The translations under genes and the position numbers were made by a program. 52,314 nt of DNA, from the NCBI GenBank assembly GCA_030146155.1, contig JASLCF010000106.1, positions 1 through 52,314 of the forward strand, read 5' to 3'. Origin of the DNA: Savagea sp. (GTDB lineage: Bacteria > Bacillota > Bacilli > Bacillales_A > Planococcaceae). The notes under the pieces were generated by a model that was given only the letters and a program-made list of their open reading frames with translations, was not told the origin of the DNA and ran no database searches. Shown here piece after piece: positions 46,721 to 52,314 of this stretch (its first letter is position 1; every line of letters begins with the position of its first letter).

Positions 46721-46883
46721 TTCATTCACCTCCAACTTATGAGTAAGAAGAGTGTGTCCTCAATCGTAATTTCAGATTCTCTTTACAACAAGCATTATTT
46801 TATCAAAGAAATGAACAAAGTGCAATGCTAATCTACACGAGAAAAAAATAACTTATAATCTATCAAATTGTATTCAGTCAACA

Positions 46884-46912
46884 TTGAAGTGTTGAAGATG
46901 TACTGTTATACT
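46884..46912 (+). promoter_or_regulatory. SigA promoter of lepA
   Basis: TTGAAG-17bp-TATACT with extended TG. Confidence 0.65.
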
Positions 46913-46942
46913 ACTATTAGCATATTTAGGAGTGAACAGCGA

Positions 46943-48766
46943 ATGAATACTAAAGATAGATTAGAACGTCAAAAAAATATTCGGAACTTTTCAATTATCG
47001 CGCATATTGACCATGGAAAAAGTACATTAGCCGATCGAATATTAGAAAAGACGAATACTGTAACTGCACGTGAAATGAAGACTCGTACATTGGATTCAAT
47101 GGAGTTAGAACAAGAACGTGGCATTACGATTAAATTAAATGCCGTACAATTGCAATATCAAGCCAGAAATGGTGAAGAGTATACTTTTCATTTAATTGAT
47201 ACACCTGGTCACGTCGATTTCACTTATGAAGTGTCTAGAAGTTTAGCAGCTTGTGAAGGGGCTATCCTGGTGGTCGATGCCGCACAAGGAATCGAAGCCC
47301 AAACATTAGCAAACGTTTATTTAGCATTGGACAATGATTTAGAAATCTTACCTGTTATTAATAAAATAGATTTACCCGCAGCTGATCCGGAACGTGTCAG
47401 AGGAGAGGTAGAAGATGTAATCGGTATTGATGCATCTGAAGCTGTACTTGCCTCTGCTAAAGCGGGAATCGGAATTGAAGACATTTTAGAGCAAATTGTT
47501 GAGAAAGTTCCCGCACCACAAGGCGATCCAACAGCTCCCTTACAAGCTTTAATTTTCGACTCCCACTATGACCAGTATAAAGGGGTTATAGTCAACATTC
47601 GTATTATCGAAGGTACGGTGAAGCCAGGTGATCAAATTCGCATGATGGCAACTGGGAAAGAATTCGAAGTAATCGAAGTAGGGGTATTTACACCACATGC
47701 AAAAAATACGGAAGAATTAACAGTCGGGGATGTAGGTTTCCTTTCTGCATCCATTAAAAATGTTGGGGATACACAAGTAGGGGATACGGTTACACATGTT
47801 GAACGTCCGGCATCTGAACCACTGCCAGGGTATCGTCGAATGAATCCGATGGTGTTCTGTGGGCTTTACCCGATTGATACGTCGAAATACGTTGATTTAC
47901 GTGAGGCTTTAGAAAAATTAGAGTTGAATGACTCAGCCTTAGAATATGAAGCTGAAACTTCACAAGCTTTAGGTTTTGGTTATCGCTGTGGATTTTTAGG
48001 TTTATTGCATATGGAAATTATTCAAGAACGAATTGAACGTGAGTTTGGTATTGATTTGATTACGACTGCACCATCTGTTATTTACAATGTCGTACAAACA
48101 GACGGTACTGCAACTAAAGTAGATAACCCGTCATTCATGCCAGATCCTCAAAAGATTGATTATGTAGAAGAACCTTATGTCAAGGCATCAATTATGGTTC
48201 CAGAAACATATGTAGGGGCAGTGATGGAGCTGTGTCAGAAGAAACGTGGGAATTTTATGACGATGGATTATTTAGATTCAACACGTGTCAACGTCATTTA
48301 TGAATTACCACTTGCTGAAATTGTTTACGACTTCTTCGACCAATTGAAATCACAAACTAAAGGATATGCTTCTTTAGATTATGAGATTATTGGGTATAAA
48401 CAATCTAAATTAGTGAAAATGGATATTTTATTAAATGGTGAGAAAGTAGATGCGTTGAGCTTCATTGTTCACCGTGATTTCAGTTATGAACGCGGAAAAG
48501 CCATTGTCGATAAGTTACGTGATTTAATTCCGAGACAGCAATTTGAGGTTCCTGTGCAAGCCGCTGTGGGTCAAAAAATTGTAGCTCGTTCAACGATTAA
48601 ATCATTAGGAAAGAACGTCTTGGCTAAATGTTACGGCGGAGATATTTCTCGTAAACGTAAATTGTTGGATAAACAAAAAGAAGGTAAAAAACGGATGAAG
48701 CAAGTCGGTTCCGTTGAGATACCTCAAGAAGCCTTTATGGCGGTACTGAAGATGGATGAGGACTAA
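46943..48766 (+). CDS. lepA: Translation elongation factor 4 (LepA)
   Basis: [45 protein letters not shown] 46943 after AGGAGTG. Confidence 0.98.
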   Translation: MNTKDRLERQKNIRNFSIIAHIDHGKSTLADRILEKTNTVTAREMKTRTLDSMELEQERGITIKLNAVQLQYQARNGEEYTFHLIDTPGHVDFTYEVSRSLAACEGAILVVDAAQGIEAQTLANVYLALDNDLEILPVINKIDLPAADPERVRGEVEDVIGIDASEAVLASAKAGIGIEDILEQIVEKVPAPQGDPTAPLQALIFDSHYDQYKGVIVNIRIIEGTVKPGDQIRMMATGKEFEVIEVGVFTPHAKNTEELTVGDVGFLSASIKNVGDTQVGDTVTHVERPASEPLPGYRRMNPMVFCGLYPIDTSKYVDLREALEKLELNDSALEYEAETSQALGFGYRCGFLGLLHMEIIQERIEREFGIDLITTAPSVIYNVVQTDGTATKVDNPSFMPDPQKIDYVEEPYVKASIMVPETYVGAVMELCQKKRGNFMTMDYLDSTRVNVIYELPLAEIVYDFFDQLKSQTKGYASLDYEIIGYKQSKLVKMDILLNGEKVDALSFIVHRDFSYERGKAIVDKLRDLIPRQQFEVPVQAAVGQKIVARSTIKSLGKNVLAKCYGGDISRKRKLLDKQKEGKKRMKQVGSVEIPQEAFMAVLKMDED

Positions 48767-48783
48767 AGAGTTCTATCATTGAT

Positions 48784-48852
48784 AACGTTGGTGAAAAAAT
48801 CATCTTCTCTTGAACTTAAGAGAAGGTGGTGGAATTTCACTAACGTTTTTTT
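48784..48852 (+). terminator. Long intrinsic terminator after lepA
   Basis: aacgttggtgaaa..atcatcttctctt-gaactt-aagagaaggtggt..tttcactaacgtt followed by T run. Confidence 0.75.
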
Positions 48853-49048
48853 ATTTTAAATAGAAAACAGGTGAATCTCTGTTGAATTAAAATCAAAGAA
48901 AATCATCAGCTTGGAAGGAACTCACTTATCAAATAATCAATTAAACTGAATTCTTGACGCTATCTTGGTATGAAAAAATATTTATAGGTGAAAAAAAGTC
49001 AGTCTGTCCTATCCCATTGATTTATGTTGCACCTTTTGATGCTCTCTA

Positions 49049-49080
49049 CAGGAAAGGGCCGCCTAGAACGGAAAGCAACG
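49049..49080 (-). repeat. Truncated interspersed repeat copy
   Basis: Minus strand reads CGTTGCTTTCCGTTCTAGGCGGCCCTTTCCTG, similar to 20627 and 52254 copies. Confidence 0.4.
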
Positions 49081-49148
49081 TTTTTTTGTATTCACTTTAT
49101 GACAAAGACAACCACGAAAACTTGACTCAATCGCTATCATGAAGAAAA

Positions 49149-49177
49149 TTGACAACGGATTAATTCATTGTTAAAAT
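49149..49177 (+). promoter_or_regulatory. SigA promoter upstream of the SAM riboswitch
   Basis: TTGACA-17bp-TAAAAT with extended TG. Confidence 0.8.
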
Positions 49178-49196
49178 GATGACCAATTCAATAGAT

Positions 49197-49304
49197 TTCC
49201 TTATCGAGAGCAAGGGAGGCATCTGGGCTGATGATCTTGCGGCAACCATCCATTTATGGAACGGTGCTAAATCCAGCAGGGGATTGTCCCTGAAAGATGA
49301 GGAA
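49197..49304 (+). promoter_or_regulatory. SAM-I (S-box) riboswitch aptamer
   Basis: P1 TTCCTTATC/GATGAGGAA, ATCGAGAG, kink-turn GA..GATGA, GGCAACC...GGTGCTAAATCC, pseudoknot CTGG/CCAG. Confidence 0.95.
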
Positions 49305-49323
49305 GAGTGACTCTTTTACATCG

Positions 49324-49352
49324 ACCTCTTCCTATCATGGAAAGGTTTTTTT
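49324..49352 (+). terminator. SAM riboswitch regulatory terminator
   Basis: acct-c-ttcc-tatcat-ggaa-aggt plus T run; its 5' arm ctcttcct can pair alternatively with aggaagag (49300-07) as an antiterminator. Confidence 0.8.
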
Positions 49353-49373
49353 ATTTGTAAAGGAGAGAGAAAA

Positions 49374-49643
49374 ATGGTCATTTTAAAAACAACGTGGATT
49401 AAAGGTTACACCCCAATTGCAGTAGAAGCGGTTCGTATTCATTTATTTAACTTTAGAGTAGACGTATTAGCAGGAGAAGCCATCGAAGCATTTTTTACTG
49501 CTGTCCAGACGGATGAGGCTTGGTTAGAAGTGAGAGTGAATGAGAGCGCTATTCATTATTACAAACGTGAAATGATTGCTAAAATCGAATGTATAGTGAC
49601 AGATGAGCCGAATCCATTTTTGTTGTATGAGAATAAAGACTAG
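49374..49643 (+). CDS. Hypothetical 89-aa protein under SAM-I riboswitch control
   Basis: AAGGAG RBS, clean ORF directly after the riboswitch terminator; no family recognised. Confidence 0.8.
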   Translation: MVILKTTWIKGYTPIAVEAVRIHLFNFRVDVLAGEAIEAFFTAVQTDEAWLEVRVNESAIHYYKREMIAKIECIVTDEPNPFLLYENKD

Positions 49644-49665
49644 TACCACTTCTTAAGACAAGGGC

Positions 49666-49694
49666 TTGACAATAAAGTGTAAAGAATATAGATT
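49666..49694 (+). promoter_or_regulatory. SigA promoter upstream of the TPP riboswitch
   Basis: TTGACA-17bp-TAGATT. Confidence 0.75.
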
Positions 49695-49714
49695 GAAGAT
49701 AACTTAAATAGTTT

Positions 49715-49796
49715 CACTAGGGGTGTCTAACGACTGAGATGAGCATACGCTCGAACCCTTTGAACCTGAACTAGTTCATACTAGCGTAGGAAAGTG
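49715..49796 (+). promoter_or_regulatory. TPP (THI-box) riboswitch aptamer
   Basis: CACTAGGGGTG...CTGAGA...CCCTTTGAACCTGAACTAGTTCATACTAGCGTAGGAAAGTG matches the TPP consensus. Confidence 0.96.
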
Positions 49797-49870
49797 CAGC
49801 AATCGGATACATAAAATAGGCAAATCATCAATCAATGGTGATTGTTTATTGATGTTTGCCGTTTATTCAT

Positions 49871-49901
49871 GCAACTTTCTGAAAAGAGAGTTGCTTTTTT
49901 T
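49871..49901 (+). terminator. TPP riboswitch regulatory terminator
   Basis: gcaactttct-gaaa-agagagttgc plus T7; 5' arm tgcaacttt can pair with aptamer 3' end aaagtgca as an antiterminator. Confidence 0.85.
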
Positions 49902-49953
49902 ATGGCATCCTTCACTTTCATTATTTAAGTAAAAAATATTGAGGAGTGGAAAA

Positions 49954-50706
49954 ATGAGTAGAACAGTATTAGTCACAGGAAGTAGTCAAGGACTAGGTGC
50001 AGAAATTGTAAGGACTTTAGCAAGACAAGGAAACAAAGTCATTATTAACTATTATAAAAGTAAAGAAGCTGCGGAAGCTCTGGTCAAAGAAATTGGAGAA
50101 GAACAAGCAGTTGCTTACTATGCAGATGTCACGAATCGTGAAGACGTTGATCAAATGGTAGCAAAAGCTACGTCTCATTTCGGACAAATCGATGTAGTCG
50201 TCAATAACGCATTAGTGGGCTTTAAATTTGATCCTGTGAAACAAAAACCATTTGCAGAATTAGCATGGGCAGATTATCAACAACAAATTGATGGAACTTT
50301 GCAAGCGGCTTTCCATATCGCACAAAGCGTAGTGCCTCAGTTTAAAGAACGCCAACAAGGAACAATCATTAGCATTGGGACTAATTTATATCAAAACCCT
50401 GTCGTTCCGTATCACGAATATACAACTGCCAAGGCTGCATTGATTGGATTTACGAGAAACATCGCAGCGGAGCTTGGGCAATATGGTATCCGTGCAAATA
50501 TGGTATCGGGTGGACTACTCAGAACGACAAATGCAAGTGCTGTTACAACGCCAGAAGTGTTTGATTTAATTGCTTCTTCGACACCTATTCGAAAAGTAAC
50601 GACACCACAAGATGTAGCCAATATGGTAGCTTACCTCGCTTCTGAACAAGCCGATGGAATTACTGGACAAAATATTACAGTAGATGGCGGTTTAACGATG
50701 AATTAA
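49954..50706 (+). CDS. SDR family oxidoreductase (FabG-like, thiamine-regulon OarX-type)
   Basis: TGSSQGLG, VNNA, IGTNLYQNPVVPYHEYTTAK (YxxxK), ITGQNITVDGG; ATG 49954 after GAGGAG. Confidence 0.9.
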   Translation: MSRTVLVTGSSQGLGAEIVRTLARQGNKVIINYYKSKEAAEALVKEIGEEQAVAYYADVTNREDVDQMVAKATSHFGQIDVVVNNALVGFKFDPVKQKPFAELAWADYQQQIDGTLQAAFHIAQSVVPQFKERQQGTIISIGTNLYQNPVVPYHEYTTAKAALIGFTRNIAAELGQYGIRANMVSGGLLRTTNASAVTTPEVFDLIASSTPIRKVTTPQDVANMVAYLASEQADGITGQNITVDGGLTMN

Positions 50707-50758
50707 CCTTTCGAACTCATTTCTTAACAAGATGAAAGGAGAAAGGGGATGTGGCATC

Positions 50759-52054
50759 ATGTCAAATAAAAAAATGCATCTAGGTGTTTTATTATATGGA
50801 TGCGGGCATCATCAAGCAGCGTGGATGATGTCCAACTCATCTATTGAAAAAATAGGTGAGATTACTTATTATCAATCACTTGCTCAACTTGCTGAACGAG
50901 GAAAGTTAGATGCGGTATTTTTTGCGGATAATCATTCGTTTACAGCACAAAGTGACAGTGAAATGCCAGCCTTCTGGTTTGATCCAATTGTCAATTTAAC
51001 TGCAATTTCACAAGTGACCACCCATGTGGGACTGGTTTGCACGATTTCAAGTACGTTTTCTAATCCATTTACAGCAGCAAGACAGTTGCTTAGTCTTGAT
51101 CATTTGTCAAAAGGGCGTGTAGGTTGGAATTTGGTCACTTCTATGAGAGATTGGGAAGCACAAAATCATAGTATGGAGGCATTACCCAAGCACGAGTTAC
51201 GTTATGAAAAAGCAACTGAATTTGCAGAAGTGATGGAGAAGCTTTTTCAATCTTGGTCCTCAGCTGACTTTATTCATCAAAAAGAAGAGGGGCGTCTGAT
51301 TGAATCGGAAAATATTCAGCCTATCCATCATCAAGGCAAGTATTTTGAAGTCAAGGGCCCCCTGACGACGCCGATCAGTCCACAAGGTCGCCCTGTAGCC
51401 ATGCAAGCAGGTGCATCAGAACCTGGTGTCCGTTTAGCGGCACAGTTTGCAGAAGTCGTATATGCAGTGGCTTGGAATAAGAAACAGGCTAAACGGTTCA
51501 GAGAGAGAGTTCAGCAAGCGATTGCACAATCGAATCAACCGGAACGTTCTGTAAAAATATTACCTGGACTTGTCACTTATGTGGGCAGCACAAGAGAAGA
51601 AGCTTATGCGAAGAAAAGGAAACTAGACGAACAATTACCCGTTGAAACAGCGTTGGCACAATTGAGTTTCTTTATCCAGCAAGATTGTTCAACATGGGAG
51701 TTAGACGAGTTAGTTCCTGATTTGCCACCTTTAGAAGAGTTCGAAGGTCCAGCTGGTCGATATGAGACGATTTTAGAAATCATTGAAGATAAAAAACCGA
51801 CTGTTAGAGAGCTGCTAGGCTATCTCAATGCAGGAGGCGGTCATCTCACTTTAATCGGTACACCTGAAGAAGTTGTAGATGAAATGGAGACTTGGTTAAA
51901 AGAGGGTGTTGCGGATGGCTTTAATTTAATGCCGCCAGAACTCCCGGCAAGTTTAGATGATTTTGTTACCTTGATTGTTCCTGAATTACAACGGAGAGGC
52001 CTTTTTAGAACAGAATATGAGGGGCAAACATTTCGCTCTCACCTCGGAATATAA
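50759..52054 (+). CDS. LLM-class FMNH2-dependent monooxygenase (NtaA/DmoA/DszA family)
   Basis: AERGKLDAVFFAD, ARQLLSLDHLSKGRVGWNLVTS, SPQGRPVAMQAGAS, ADGFNLMP, VPELQRRGLFRTEYEGQTFR; ATG 50759 after AAAGGGGA. Confidence 0.93.
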   Translation: MSNKKMHLGVLLYGCGHHQAAWMMSNSSIEKIGEITYYQSLAQLAERGKLDAVFFADNHSFTAQSDSEMPAFWFDPIVNLTAISQVTTHVGLVCTISSTFSNPFTAARQLLSLDHLSKGRVGWNLVTSMRDWEAQNHSMEALPKHELRYEKATEFAEVMEKLFQSWSSADFIHQKEEGRLIESENIQPIHHQGKYFEVKGPLTTPISPQGRPVAMQAGASEPGVRLAAQFAEVVYAVAWNKKQAKRFRERVQQAIAQSNQPERSVKILPGLVTYVGSTREEAYAKKRKLDEQLPVETALAQLSFFIQQDCSTWELDELVPDLPPLEEFEGPAGRYETILEIIEDKKPTVRELLGYLNAGGGHLTLIGTPEEVVDEMETWLKEGVADGFNLMPPELPASLDDFVTLIVPELQRRGLFRTEYEGQTFRSHLGI

Positions 52055-52088
52055 ATGCAGTAGCCAGTTTTTGGCTCTGCATTTTTTT
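52053..52088 (+). terminator. Intrinsic terminator ending the TPP-regulated operon
   Basis: aaatgcag-t-agcca-gtttt-tggct-ctgcattt plus T run. Confidence 0.8.
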
Positions 52089-52253
52089 ATCCTATCACAA
52101 GCGTTGGTAAAGAGTTTTACTTCCATTTGAAATCGCCTTTATTGTGTTTGATTTGTAAACGTTTATAGTGTACTGATGAAAAATGTAGCACACCTATCAG
52201 CTTGTATGAGTAAAATGTTTGTGGATGGAAAAATAATAAATCTATAACATACC

Positions 52254-52314
52254 ATTGATTTCCGCTCCACCTTTTTATGCTTTCCGCGGGCACATCTCCA
52301 AAATCCTCGTCGCA
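52254..52314 (+). repeat. Start of an interspersed Bacillales GC-rich repeat, truncated by the window end
   Basis: GATTTCCGCTCCA...GCTTTCCGCGGGCAC...TCCTCGTCGC; shares its start with 20627 and 49080(-) copies and resembles intergenic repeats I recall from Bacillaceae/Planococcaceae. Confidence 0.5.

Noticed and set aside
46868..46942. N-terminal extension of LepA in the ORF track
   Set aside because: Overlaps the lepA promoter; RBS AGGAGTG precedes ATG 46943.
48954..49142. 62-aa plus-strand ORF after lepA
   Set aside because: TTG start with no RBS; runs through a repeat remnant and T-rich hairpin; no protein-like features.

Overview
AT-rich chromosomal window from a Bacillales bacterium, most likely a non-sporulating member of Caryophanaceae/Planococcaceae (inferred from gene order and protein character). 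About 48.8 kb is conserved housekeeping backbone: ruvAB-queA-tgt-yajC-comN-secDF-LapA-recJ-apt-rel-dtd, an SH3/amidase gene, T-box-hisS-aspS, 6S RNA, tcdA, cheV, rarA, cymR-iscS-mnmA-TPR-recD2, T-box-alaS-reoM-ruvX-DUF1292-mltG-trmR-udk-greA-yrrS-mtnN, the yqeG-yqeM operon, comEA-EB-EC, yqzM, holA, rpsT and lepA. Sporulation genes that sit in this interval in B. subtilis (spoVB, pbpI, sda, gpr, spoIIP) are missing. After lepA, where hemW-hrcA-grpE-dnaK normally follow, there is an accessory islet. It holds a SAM-I riboswitch controlling an unrecognised 89-aa protein, followed by a TPP riboswitch controlling an SDR oxidoreductase plus an NtaA/DszA-type flavin monooxygenase, which is a candidate uncharacterised thiamine/thiazole or sulfur salvage module. 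Other notable items are an unannotated 26-aa membrane microprotein with its own promoter, RBS and terminator, a probable non-canonical ATT start for comEC, a hisS-aspS T-box whose specifier reads Asn rather than His or Asp, a greA leader hairpin, and three degenerate copies of an interspersed repeat. No CRISPR array, transposase, phage gene, tRNA or rRNA was seen. All family assignments come from reading motifs by eye; no searches were run.
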